A DNA stretch of 56,146 bases, filler included, from Bipalium vagum (GCA_037834085.1; 3 parts of 3 records of this genome joined end to end with filler, not necessarily neighbours in it), one strand, 5' to 3'. Shown: positions 13,032-25,606, counted from the whole stretch's first letter. Notes: generated by a model from the sequence alone, not told the origin. Made by a program: numbers and translations.

Positions 13032-14298
13032 CTGGGTGATCATCCGAAAACCGGGAAATTTAAAAAAAATTATTATTGTCATTATACATTCAATTTCATT
13101 ATTTATCATTTCATAATTATTGATTTTTTTAGATCGTTAATTTAATGCGAGAAGGAAAAAAATTATCAGATTTTGAGAGACAAGTAATAATTCTGTTTAA
13201 GACGGAAAATCCTACATGGGAATTAATAAAATGTTCAAAGGTGTTACATGATTTTTTTGGAAGGTTTACAAAACACCAATTTGATAATGTCGCTGCATGT
13301 TTTAAAACAAACCTGTTACAAATTACCCGGACAAAAAGAATAGGATCCCATAACCGAATTTCTGATGAGAAACGTGAAAATGTGAAGACTTTAGCTTTAT
13401 CACCAGTTCGTGTAGGAGATAGTGAAAGGAAGCACTTGAGACAGCGAGAAATATCCCGGGAACTAGAAATATCAAAAACACCCGTTTTTAATATCATGAA
13501 ACAATATATGCTGAAGTGCTATAGAAGATTAAAGTGCAATTTCCTCACTCAACGGCATAAAATAATGCGTATGAAGTCCCGGGCACTGGCTAATCGTTTT
13601 GGACAAATGGATGCTTGGAAGAAAGTGTGGTTCTCGGAAGAAGTAAAGTTTTCATTGCGACCTCCTTTAAATCTACAAAATTAGAGAATTTACCGTGAGG
13701 TTACCGTGAAAACTGACATACTCAATGAAGATCTACTGGTTGAATATGACAAATTGAAACTCTCTGTATTTTGTTATGATGCAGTGTCCTTCTATGGAAA
13801 AACAGAACTTAGATTTATTGAAGGCTTTGGTTCAGAACAAGAACATCTCCCTTGTTACAGAAGTAAAAGGAAAACGGTAAATCACAATATCTATTGTGAC
13901 GAAATGTATCCTCAAATGTTCAGAGATATATAGAATGTTATGGAAGGTGAAGCATGGGCATGGCAACAAGTTACTCCAGATTTCATCGAACCGGAACACT
14001 GGCCATCAAAAAGTCGAGATCTGAATGTGATTGATTATTGTATTTGGAGTTTCTTACTGGCAGAGACAAAGAAAAATTGTTCTCATATAAATACAATTGA
14101 TGAACTGAAACTCACCTTGATAGATGCTTGGAACAACATCTCGCCAGCCGCACTTCGCACGGCAACGGAAGCTTGATCCCACGGTTAGAACGATGTCATG
14201 CTACTCAATGAAGCCATTTTCAACATATATGAAATTCATGTATATTTGTTGTAAATATAATTTTTTTTGAAATTTCCCGGTTTTCGGATGACCACCCT
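13032..14298 (+). mobile_element. Full-length but inactivated maT/DD37D-like Tc1/mariner transposon
   Basis: About 30-bp TIRs: TA|CTGGGTGATCATCCGAAAACCGGGAAATTT and AAATTTCCCGGTTTTCGGATGACCACCCT|TA. ORFs 13145, 13706 and 13940 are one frame broken by stops. Motifs VWFSEE, NLQN*RIY, WAWQQ, TPDFIEPEHWPSKSRDLNVIDYCIW. Confidence 0.92.
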
Positions 14299-15039
14299 TA
14301 TGAATTAAGTATTACAGAATTTAATTTAATGTATTATAAAAGTTAGACAATGTTTTAATTATGTATTGATTATTGTATTATAAAATTTGATAAATTAATA
14401 ATGTTAACATTTAAAGGTATTTTCTAAAATGTATAACGACATGAAAATCCATGGATTGTTTGAATATTAAAATTGTTGATGTTACTGAATAAATTATTAT
14501 AAAATATCTCCTCTTATGGATAGACCGATAGATGCTACCAGAATGCTACCAGAAGTACTAATAATAATAGTAATAGTAATATAATAATAATAATAAAATA
14601 ATAATAATAAAATTCAATATTACTATTTAATTATCTTAGTATTTGGTGTTGTCTATTGAAAATGAAATTACTGTTACTACTAAAGGGAAAATATTTTTAT
14701 TCATCTTTTTAAGTAAAATGTGAATAAAATACAATTATTTTCGTAAAATATGATTATTTTATTAATTCCCCTAATTTCGGAGAATAGTACGATGGAATTT
14801 ATTTATTTGCATTTCCTCAATGAAAGTAATTACATTTGGACTAAATATTTCACAATATTCTCTTGTACAAATTAATATATTGGCAAACACATCCGAGAGC
14901 GGTGCTGAGAGTATGACTTGGATATGTAAATTTAATAAGAAATATGTGACAGACACTTCAGCAATTATTTTTGGAGTTTTTATTTTATATTTGTTTTAAT
15001 TACGATCCGTAGGAGGCAAAGGTCTCAGTTGTTGGAAGT

Positions 15040-15140
15040 AGAATAATATACTCACTCATACTCAGTTATACCCACCAGACCTGTCACCGTTTGATTTTTA
15101 TTTGTTCTCCTCACTGAAGAGATCGCTCTGGAAAAAAGTT
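15040..15140 (+). mobile_element. Mariner C-terminal fragment
   Basis: Reads THTQLYPPDLSPFDFYLFSSLKRSL (YSPDLAP.DF.LF..LK..L). Confidence 0.7.
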
Positions 15141-15620
15141 TATAATGTTTTCTGATGTTGTGTAATATTTTATCTATTGAATGTTTTGCTGATAGAACTC
15201 CGTTTTCAATCCAATATATGAACAATTTATGAGGGGAAACACCGGCTTACTCCACAGGGAAAACGAAAACGTTCATTATCAAGAAGTAAAATTATGAAAA
15301 TTTTGGTTGTGAGAAAGTATAGCGGTACTCATATTTTCGAGTATTGTTCGAAATTGCCGTTCAATTATTCCGTTAGTGTTGTGATAACGTTGCGGATTGA
15401 AAAAATATTTCTGCGTCAGTCTGTGTGTATAAAGTCTTAAAGACTGTAGATTCGTAAACCTTTCTCAATCTGAATGAATTTCTTTCAGTGCGCCATAATT
15501 ACAGAACTATTCATTTTCTCGTTATTAATCTCAAACTGTCACTTCATCTTGTTTCATTATTGCAGCTAATATAGTGCAATTTTTGTATTGATCTAACGGA
15601 CCATAGTATTTATTTTCAAA

Positions 15621-15621
<1 letters not shown>

Positions 15622-15674
<53 letters not shown>
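15622..15674. repeat. (ATT)n microsatellite at contig end
   Basis: Pure att repeat running into the assembly gap. Confidence 0.95.
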
Positions 15675-15774
15675 NNNNNNNNNNNNNNNNNNNNNNNNNN
15701 NNNNNNNNNNNNNNNNNNTTAATTAATTAANNNNNNNNNNNNNNNNNNNNNNNNNNNNNNNNNNNNNNNNNNNN
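15675..15774. other. Artificial assembly spacer N44-TTAATTAATTAA-N44
   Basis: Exactly 100 nt with a central palindromic 12-mer that gives stops in all six frames; identical to 40190-40289. Confidence 0.97.
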
Positions 15775-16721
15775 ATTGGATATCCATTTTGAATTTCATG
15801 TAAAACTAAATTAAAAACTAATGAGTTAAAACAAATATTAATAAATAACAAGCACGTGATCTGTCTATTTAAATATTAAATTAAATTAATAATAGATGCA
15901 TCTAATGTCATTCAAAACGAAATCGAAAAAAACGAAAAAAAAAGACAATCTAATATATTTGGATAATAAATAAAAATTTGTGGATATTAATGCCTATATT
16001 TAATAATTTTCCAAGTAAGATAAACTTAATTTTTTGAAAAAATATGTTTATAACTGACAATGATGCATGAATTCATATGAAAGGGCTATATTGTGATTTT
16101 CTGAAGATTAAGAGATTTCACTAAAACAGACTGCTTATAGTTCAAAGTGTACCTTGAGTGTGTGGGATTTTTATCCAGCCAGAAAATCTGAAAAAATTAT
16201 TCACTTAAGTTAGAGGAAAATATTGAGTTTGTCAATCGTGAATTTTCTGTCTGAAGATGAATTCAAACAACATTGTTTAAATTTATAAAAATGATGATTG
16301 ATAGTAAAATGGTACTTATTTGTGGATATATGTCCTACTCACTTTTCCCTACATATGCTATTTCTGATTTTAAATTTAATTTACTGAATTTATAGTGTTT
16401 TTTAATTTCAAAAAATTTAATAGATTAACGACCGTGATATTTGGTAGTATCCTGCCTAGGTTATGTAGTTCGTTTACTACAGACCTAGCATTAAAAATAA
16501 GTCATGTTATTGAACACAATATTCTCTTCTTTAATCCAAAAGTTTTTAGCTTGGTATTGACTTAGTGTTATTTGTCGTTAAGTAAGCATTACGTGTTTTT
16601 CACATCTATTTATTTTGCCGTTGAAAATAATAATTTGTTATGGTCATATGACTTAAAAAGTTCTCGAGTTCTTGTCGAGAATTTCTCTAAACGACTTATA
16701 TTATGACTTCTTCATCTAACG

Positions 16722-16997
16722 CAGTGGCCTTCAACATTTTTTTGCCTAACGCCCACTTTTGCTACATTCCCATCTATAAAGAAGTCTATCGCCCATCCAA
16801 ATTTTGAAAAACTTATTAAAATTCAAATAATGCTTATTGACAAAATGGAATGCACTATCTACAACTAGTATAGTAATTGAAAGAGTTAATGAGACGCCTG
16901 TGCTTGATGTTTCGATGCCAAGGATGTCTTCCTAACTCCCACCCAATATTTCAAAATGCCCACTAGTGGGCGATATCGGCCAGGTTGAAGGCCACTG
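16722..16997. mobile_element. hAT (Buster/Charlie-type) non-autonomous element / MITE, 276 bp
   Basis: Perfect 14-bp TIRs CAGTGGCCTTCAAC...GTTGAAGGCCACTG flanked by an 8-bp TSD (ATCTAACG 16714-16721, GTCTAACG 16998-17005; 7/8 identical), close to the NTCTARAN Buster target preference. Confidence 0.9.
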
Positions 16998-18788
16998 GTC
17001 TAACGTTTGAGAACGTTTTCCATACTGATTATCTTTTTATGATTTAGTGACAGTCTTTTCTTGCTTGATATCATACCACATACAAATGCAATTTTTTTAT
17101 ATTTAGCCATTCATATCTCTAAACTTATTTTCCGACTAAAAAGAATATTAAAATACTGAGATAAATATACATAAAATGTGAAATGCGCGGTTTTCTTCTA
17201 GTTTATGTAATAATAAATTTTATTCATTAAAACGCGGATTTCTAACTTAACCTTATTTATATTAATAAATGTTAAATATTCATTAGTGTCAACTTATTTG
17301 TCATTTGATGATTTCGGAAATATAATAGTGATTGTATATGCAAAAATGAGGATAATATTATGCTAAACTTGTGTGAATGTTAAAAATAATTCATTGAGAA
17401 ATTTTCTAATAGAGAATTTATTAATATTACCATAGAATACTCTTGGGTAATAAAAAAATTGCAACATTCCAAGAGCCGAATTCATTTTGGTATGTGATAG
17501 GATATCTGGCAGAGAATTCTGCCATTGATGGCCACCGTACAGACTCTTATTTTTCATTCAGTTTTTAAAATGGGTGGTTAATAGATTTTTAATTAAGCAC
17601 TTGATAGACTGAAATTGAATATAAATGATGGTAAAAATGAAATATTTGTAACAAAGTTAACTATTTTGCACATTTATAAGTTAAATGTAATTATTTATCT
17701 TGTCAAATTTATTTGATACTTATTTAATGTTGTCATTAAGGCTTAGGGTAATTTATGAAAATAAATTAGAAAATAATGAATAGATGTAAACATTTTGTAA
17801 TACAAAAATAAGGAAAAATTAAAGTATTTATTCCACAAAATAAAATTGAATCTGGTTGGTTTAAATTACATTTTTTGAAGAAATTAATATTATTTTTGTT
17901 ACATTTAGATTACATTATGTAGTGTTAGATTTAATTTTAATAATCCAAATTAAACAGATTCAAAAAATTACCACCTTGAACATTTTCATTATTTTTGACT
18001 CGCCCATTTGTTTTATACTTTAATAAAATTACCTTTTCTTACTCCAAGTCCAATATTCGCATTTTCCACCTACCAATATTTAAAGAGAAATATACTGTCA
18101 ATATTATGAAAGAATATTTAAGAATTAAGATTTTTATATTTAATTAGGCTAAATTAATTAAATTAAATTTATAACAAAAATTAACAAATAATTTGATTAA
18201 AATTAAAAACATAAAAATAATTACCTTGGTTAAATATTATTCCATTATTATTAATAATAATATCCCAACTTCAAAAAATAAAAGGTAATTAAGAAAAAAA
18301 CAAATATTTACTTATATATATAATATTTTTTTATTTTTGTTTGTTTGTCCTAAGTTTGGGTTTATGCACTTAATGCATTAGGATATATGGAAATCAATAT
18401 ATTTCCTTTAAGGAAAATTTAATTTCCAAATAAATTTTCAAAAGATTTCTAAATAAAATAATGTTTTTAATGAAATCAAAATAATAAATTAAATCTGAAA
18501 TATAAAATTTATAAAAATAAAGGCTAATATATACTATTTAACTTGATTAATTAATTTAAATAATTAATCTCCTTTCAAGGAATAAATATATTCTTAAAAT
18601 TATCTTTATCTGGAAATTGAGAGTCGATATATATCATTAATATCTTAAAGATTATTAAAATGATTCTAGATTCTTTAACCACATTTAAGAAACTATGAAA
18701 AATTCAGAAAGTATAATTTTATGTAATTTCAACATTTATTTAATTATTATTTAATTAGATTATTTTCAATATTACTATTGATTATTGA

Positions 18789-18803
18789 GTAGTCATGACA
18801 TAC
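18789..18803. promoter_or_regulatory. Possible RFX X-box-like site upstream of RSPH9
   Basis: Near-palindrome GTAGTCATGACATAC about 19 nt before the RSPH9 ATG. It resembles GTTGTCATGACAAC-type X-boxes typical of ciliary genes; imperfect match. Confidence 0.35.
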
Positions 18804-18821
18804 GTCTATGATCAATAATAT

Positions 18822-19048
18822 ATGAATTGTGTTAATTTACATTTAACAATAGACTATGTTGGATCATCAGGAATTGTCCTGAGTCCCGAACAAAAGGCTG
18901 CTTTGCAAACGTCTTTAACAATTTTGAAAAGTGAACAGAAATTTTTCAAAGTTAATTTTTGGGGATCAATTCGTGGTACAAAGGGTGATTATTTTATTGC
19001 TCAAGGTATTGGGAAAGATGAGATGAATGAGAAACGAACTATATATAG
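18822..19048 (+). CDS. RSPH9: Radial spoke head protein 9, exon 1
   Basis: MNCVNLHLTIDYVGSSGIVLSPEQKAALQTSLTILKSEQKFFKVNFWGSIRGTKGDYFIAQG...RTIY, matching the RSPH9 N-terminus (SG..LSP...A.L.TSL.L....FWG.I.G...DY.IAQG). Donor AG|GTAATT at 19049. Confidence 0.95.
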
Positions 19049-19094
19049 GTAATTGTAAAATAGATTGTAAATAAAGTAATTGTTGATAAATCAG

Positions 19095-19263
19095 TAAAGA
19101 TTGCATGAATTGGAATATTCTTGGTGCCTATGAAGAAGAACATAAGAAAATATCAAAGTACTTCAAGCAAAGGTATACAGGAGATCCCAGTAATGAGTTT
19201 GAGTATATCAATTATATGGAGACAAGGGATGACAAAGGTGATGTCAAAGAATCGGAAGAAATT
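19095..19263 (+). CDS. RSPH9: RSPH9 exon 2
   Basis: Follows a 46-nt intron (19049-19094, ...aaatcAG). Restores frame S-KDCMNWNILG...RYTGDPSNEFEY...EEI. Donor GTAAGT at 19264. Confidence 0.93.
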
Positions 19264-19668
19264 GTAAGTATTTTCACATTTTTAGGATCTGTACAGATTT
19301 TTTTGAGCTTATTTATTATTGAGAAAAATAAATAAATAATTCTTATGATTTTTAGAATTTACTTTTTTTAAATATAACTTTGTTAGTTTATTTAAAAAGA
19401 ATTTATTAGAAAGTATTATTTAAGAATTTTACTTTTAATTTTTTACATGCTTATAGGAAATATTTTGATAATATTAGGATAAGAAATGTGATACTTGCTC
19501 ATAGCATCTATCACAAACCCCTATATAAGCCACTAAGAAAAAAATGTAGTTTTTTTCTTTGCTTATTACCTTCTTGTGGTTCAAATCTCAATAATAATTA
19601 TAGTGCTAATGAGAGAAATAATGTAACAAAATTATTCCTTAAAAGTTTCTCAAAATAACAACTAAGTA

Positions 19669-20866
19669 TTGAATTATCTGGAAAGTTCGTGAGTTCTTTT
19701 AAAAATATATTTACAGAAAAATAAACATTTTATTAACAAATATAAGTACCATTCTATACAATATTTTTATCCATATTTTTGGCCATAATCCTACTTTCGA
19801 AAATATATTTATAAATAAAATAAATTTATTTATTTAAATAATTTTATTTATAATTTATCTCCAGACATAAATTGGTGATGGCTTCGTGAGTGAATTTTTT
19901 ATCGACTATTGAGTTTTGGATGGTTAGAAATAAATGATAGTTTGATGGTATAATATCAGGACTATATGGTAGATCCCAAAATCTGCAAAAATCTTTTGAC
20001 TGACCAAAAATGTGTGGTATTGAATTATCATTATGAAAGGCCATGGCTTTTCGATTTATCGATACTCGACGCTTCTTTTGCAATTTTCATTTAAATTTAT
20101 TCATTGTTCAGAGTAAATATTTAAATTAATTATTACATTTTTTGATAGAATTTTAAAAGTAAGTACTTCTTTATAAGCCCATCACATCCACAATATTAAT
20201 TAATTATGTCGTTGGAATTTGTTCATCATGCTTGCATCAGGATCTTTTGAATCGAATGCTGTTGTAGTCGATCCACGTTTTTTTTCCAGTTATCAAGCTT
20301 TACAAAAATCGTCCATTTTGGATTCACTTTAAGAGTCATACGTGGTGATGTGAACCATTTTGATTTGATCAGATTATGTGAACCCAAACATCACGCTTTT
20401 ATAAGCCATACACAACGATTGTTTTTCAACAAGCTTATACAATGTTTTTTACAATCATCATCAATTAGAGCCTTTAAATTATCCTCATTAATGTTTGCTG
20501 GTTTTCATAGTGTCCTTCATCTTGAAGAGAAAGATTTGTTTTGTTTTTCTTTAAAAAGTTTTGACGTGTTTGTAGTTGTATTATATGCTTTCCATACACT
20601 GTATATTTTTTATGTGCGATTGTTAGTGTTCCCATTATTAAAGTAATTTAACAAAATATGGCGGATATGTTTATTTTAATTATCCATTTTGAAATTCTAA
20701 AAATTCTAAATATCTTTTAATCGATTCAAATAAATTTTAGATCTGGGATCTATACTATTTAAACCTTCTAACTATATATAAATTAAATATTTCTCTTCTG
20801 TTATATACATGAAAATCAGATGAAACTGATTCATGTAAAAACGCATAAAAATTTTGGTCAACCAAA
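19669..20866 (-). mobile_element. Degenerate full-length mariner (mellifera-like) in RSPH9 intron 2
   Basis: TA-flanked decayed TIRs TTGAATTATCTGGAAAGTTCGTGAG and AAAACGCATAAAATTTTGGTCAACCAAA. Minus-strand MDN*NKHIRHILLNYFNNG (cf. MENQKEHFRHILLFYF), FHNDNSIPH and LPYSPDIIPSNYHLF. Confidence 0.88.
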
Positions 20867-22227
20867 TAAAATCTATCTTTAAAGTTAATACGCATTTAAT
20901 GATTTGTGAGATTACAAAGCTACATTTATTCAGTAATAAAGATATGTAGAGAAAAAAGGAATTAATTACTTGAAAAATATTGTAAATACATTTGTAAATG
21001 GATCCAACAGAGACTAAAGAAAATATATAATCTAAGTTTTATTGACTCTTATTATAAATAGAAAACTATAAAAACATTAAGTTAATTAATAATTAAATCT
21101 GTCATATGGAGAATAATATTGTCAAATTTAACATTTGTTGATATTGTTTTATTTTTAATCATTTAAAACAAAAATTGTCCAAAATCTATTATGAATAAAT
21201 CGATTAAAATAATTAATAATTTTAATATTGAAGATTTTTGGAATTTTAGTAAAAATAATTTTAAAAAAATTTACTAATAAAATAATATTGTATATTTGAA
21301 ATAAATTAAATAAATTAAGCAAAATATTAAATTTATTATAAAAAATAAAAATTTAAATAACTATTGAGAAATAAAATGAAAATCGAAAATTGTACTAAAT
21401 AATTAAAAAGTAACATTTCTCTAAATTAAAATCATTAATTATTATTAAGTAATTTGATGTTAATGGATTTTAATCTTTAAATTTTAAAGTGAAAAAAATC
21501 TTATTAATTCTGACGTTTTTAATAGCATATTTAATTCATGAATTATGTACAGCATTATACTTTTGTACGTTAGTATAAATTTTCACTTGATATGTTAACG
21601 CCAATTGGTGAATCCCTTACAATAATCATAAAAATTAAGAGAAAATAATTAGATTTCTGATAATTAAATATATATTTTATTCCACTTCAATAAAATATGT
21701 AAATATAACCACTACCTCGAATTATCATATAGGGAAACCAAAGCCTCTTGTGATATCAGTGTTCAACTATCTTGATTCTTCAAATGTTAAGTCTTAATAA
21801 AATAATAAATAAAATAAAACTTTAAGTGATTAAAAAAGTTTTTGAACAAGACACGAATTTCAGAAAGCATATATCTTATCTAAAAATCATCAATGATAGA
21901 TCTTTAATTATAACAGAGAAATAACAAAAGAAGAACTTTGATCCTTGACCTGTAAGGCTTTCTAAAATTTTAAACTAATAAAAGATGAAATTTATATTTG
22001 GTAAATCCAATTTTCTACTCACATTCCTTTGATCATTTTAAGATTTAATGATAAATGAAAATAAAAAATTATGTAACTATGTTAAAAAAAATATTGAAAT
22101 TTAATTATCCCTTTTTAATGATACTTTAAAATTTTAATTTGATTGAATTATAATTTATTCTGATTTATATTTTATTTGTTTTTAATTTAAACAAAAGGAA
22201 ACTCACTTTATCAATTTACATTATTAG

Positions 22228-22357
22228 CTGAGGATCAAAGAAGAAAGCCGCTTATCTGTAACGGTAGATGAAATAGATAAGGATGTCTTTATTGTTCCCA
22301 GAGGATCATACATACGTCTCCCTACAGGACAGGTCGTTAGTAATCGTTTATATGAAG
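22228..22357 (+). CDS. RSPH9: RSPH9 exon 3 (not in the ORF track)
   Basis: ttattAG|CTG...GAA G|GTgttt. Encodes LRIKEESRLSVTVDEIDKDVFIVPRGSYIRLPTGQVVSNRLYE(G), matching RSPH9 IKEE.RL...ID.....PRG......G....NR.FEG. Confidence 0.93.
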
Positions 22358-22759
22358 GTGTTTTATTTTATTTATTTTTGACAGGGTATATCTAAAGTAT
22401 ATTTAAAGACTTTTTGGATAAGTAACATGACAATTATTGTTTTTACTATAGAATTTAAAAGGCCGTTAATATTTTCTTAATCTAGACGTAACGCAACATT
22501 TAAAAATCAGCCTTACCTCTCAACATTTTTTATTCAATATAATAATAAATATTTTATGAAATTTTTTAAAAATGAAAATTTTAAAAATCAATTTTTTGTA
22601 ACACTCATAAAGATTAATATAAAATAATAAATCTTAAAATTAATGATGAATTTTTTTTACTGTTTTTATTTTTATTAAAATTGAAAAATTAAATTAAAGA
22701 AATAGTTTAACATGTCAAAATAAATTTCCAGAGTTAATAAATCGAAAAAGCATAGCTTT

Positions 22760-23361
22760 CCGTCATGATAATACCAAGAAAATATTTTCTAGCACACGAT
22801 TGTGACATAAGGCGAGACATGAATTTGATATGACAACCAAAACGCAAAGCATCTTGAGTGAAGCCTGGTAAACCGAGTATATCAATGCCCAAACAGAATA
22901 TCTATGGGTAGAAAGTGATGTTTTGTATCTGGTGAGATAAAAATGTATGATTTATTATGAACTGTTGAAACCATCAGAAACGATATCTGGTAAACGTTAT
23001 CGACCCAAATTAATTCGTTTTGGGCAAACGTGGAAAGATAAGTAGTCAGAATGAATGGACAGGCATGATAAGATAATTCTAGTACACAATGCAAACTGGG
23101 ATGTCTTACATGTTCACCAGATGTTGGTCCTTCGGATTTCCATTTGTTCCTTTTGATGCAAATCCGTGCTTTCTGGAAAGCAATTTAGTTCCGATCGATA
23201 GCTGGATTTTTTCAAAGAAACCACCATTTTTTCCTGGAATCCATTCGTTTCCTAAGAGATTATCCAATGTCATATCTGTAAATGGAAATATGTTAATTAA
23301 ATTTTATTTTAAAAATGTCTTTTCATTTAAAAAAATGCCGTAATCATACTAATACACCGAA
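22760..23361 (+). mobile_element. Mariner (mauritiana/Mos1-like) remnant in RSPH9 intron 3
   Basis: Reads KRKAS*VKPGKPSISMPKQNIYG*KVM, YYELLKPSETISGKRY and WDVL. Right TIR-like end ...CTAATACACCGAA|TA. Confidence 0.8.
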
Positions 23362-23589
23362 TATACATTTTATCTGTATAAAACTTCTCAATTTCAGAAT
23401 AAAAAACGACATAATTTCTAGACAACACTCAATATACAGTAGAGACAACACTAATAGGGATATCATAATTTTTGTGTCATCTTATTACATTTACAAATAA
23501 GATTAATATTATTTACAAATAACAAGCAGATAAATGTGTAATAATGTTTCAGATAATGTTAATAAGAAGTATGTTGATCTTTAGAACTC

Positions 23590-24480
23590 ATTAAAACTTT
23601 GATTCGACAAGAAATACTAACGATGAGCTTTTAAAAAAATCAACAATTTTAGTATCTGTCCTCAAAACTTTGAGAACAGAAGTTTTTAATTCATTTTTGT
23701 TGTATTACAGACATTTTTTTGATAGGATTCATGTAAAAGAGTAATTTTATTTTTATTAAGACATGTCATTTTGATTTTTGCAGTATAACAGAGTGTGTCA
23801 TGTTGTTGATAAATAAATTGCCAATCACTATACTAATCTTTAGCTTGATCAATTATTTGACAGATTTATATTTTCGCATACTGAGCTGCATTCATTGTAC
23901 CTTCTACTACATATTTGCGCCCAGAACTATACCACAACGTGCAAGACCAAAACATAACTATCAAAAGAAATTTGACTGTTTGTATTACATGCTTGTTAGT
24001 AAGTCGTTCATGTACTGATTTTCTGATGATACTCTTTTTGTTTCCAAGATTCACTACGACGCACATTTAATGAGAAAGTATAAATTTCGCCAATTTAATT
24101 CCGTCTAGTCTTTAAGTTATTATATCTACTTCATGCGCTGCAAAATGTGATTACGTAACAAAAATGTTTGAGTCATTGTTATGAATAAAAATTGTTAATG
24201 CATGAGTGACCTTCTTTAATTAATACGTCACTCATGCACCTTCTTTTATAATGTTTAACTGTCAACTGATGATTTACTTTGCTATCGCGAATTATTTTTA
24301 TAAAATCTTATCTACAAAGCCTTCCGGATTTCCAAATTCTTTTATTGACACAGTTTTCATGTAAAATGGGAACTTTTAACTAGCGTTGAATATCCGTCTG
24401 CGATAAGCCAGCATCAAACAAAGCTTTCACTTCAGCATGCATTTTAAGGTAGTATCTATTTTGAAAAGTTTGTTTAAGTA
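23590..24480 (-). mobile_element. Tc1-like transposase remnant in RSPH9 intron 3
   Basis: Minus strand AEVKALFDAGLSQTDIQR (paired-like HTH) and QTVKF..VMFWSCTLWYSSGRKYVVEGTMNAAQYAKI (Tc1 catalytic-domain motif). Confidence 0.75.
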
Positions 24481-25172
24481 ATTGGATTTAATGAAATAAA
24501 TTATTATTGCTTTGATCTTATATTTTCATTGAAAATGACAACACAATAATATAACTAAAAATGTTAATTTTTAAAAAAAATAATGGATAGTTACGAAAAA
24601 ATAATTAGTTTAAATGAGGCACAATATTTATATTTTTTTGCAATACAAAACATTACCATATTTTACAAGATTTTTAAAAACTCTTGGTTCTGAATTAAAT
24701 GAAACAAATAAATTTATATTTGGTTGATATTTTAACACACCATATAAAATAAAAAAGTAAATGAGTAAAACTCTTTACTTGCATTAGAAGCTAAAAAATT
24801 ATCTTAATCTTAATACAAAAGGATATGAAAATAAATTTATCAATATTATCTAATGTTCTTAAAGGTAAATGACATAAAAAAAAGAAAAAGAATAAAGTAT
24901 CTTTCTCATAATCCTTAAATTATCGTTTTTATCATTCTGTAATTTTTAATTATACTTTAAAACAAAATATCAAACATACAGTTAGATGAAAATGACAATT
25001 AATCCTCTTTACACTGGGAAGATGCTCTGCTATTAAGACAATAAAAGAGTCGAATCAAATTTACAAAATATATAAAAAGAAATTCATTGTTATAATTAAT
25101 AGAATAATTTTGCTTAGTAACTTAATAAGTTTTAACGTTTAAAATATTAATTTATTAAATAAATAAAAATTT

Positions 25173-25176
<4 letters not shown>

Positions 25177-25264
<88 letters not shown>
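25177..25264. repeat. (TAA)20 directly followed by (ATT)9, an inverted microsatellite
   Basis: Complementary trinucleotide tracts abut at about 25237, ending about 33 nt before the RSPH9 exon 4 acceptor. Confidence 0.92.
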
Positions 25265-25267
<3 letters not shown>

Positions 25268-25298
25268 ATAAAACAAAGATTGATAGTACTATCAACAG

Positions 25299-25606
25299 GA
25301 TTGTCAATAACTGATAGCCTAAAGCAATCTTCATACTTACATTTCCGAAATCCAATTAATCTACCGTTGAAATCTCTAATGGAAAAGGCTACGTTTGATA
25401 AATGCATGGATTTTCTTGACCCAATTGAGGAGGACATCCCGAAAATAAGCTGGAGCTTGCAGCTTGATCGTGGAACTGGACTTGTTATCTTGAAAAGTTT
25501 AATTTGGCCAGGATATGTTTTTTACCAAATTCCGGAAAATAAGCAATTTGGGTCTGTGTATTTTGGGTACGGTGAAAAAAATGTAGATTTGCCATTCATG
25601 ATTTAG
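25299..25606 (+). CDS. RSPH9: RSPH9 exon 4 (terminal)
   Basis: caacAG|GA TTG...; (G)LSITDSLKQSSYLHFRNP...DFLDPIEEDIPKISWSLQLDRGTGLVILKSLIWPGYVFYQIP...FGSVYFGYGEKNVDLPFMI*. The four exons total 834 nt = 277 aa plus stop. Confidence 0.95.

Noticed and set aside
15675-15774. Palindromic TTAATTAATTAA embedded in N-runs (also 40190-40289)
   Set aside because: Identical 44+12+44 layout twice; a synthetic six-frame-stop scaffolding spacer, not biology.
17440-18100. Minus-strand peptides IGRWKMRILDLE and SVRWP resembling the mGluR pre-cysteine-rich linker
   Set aside because: Splice phases do not join them in frame and no CS.PC/CCW cysteine pattern follows.
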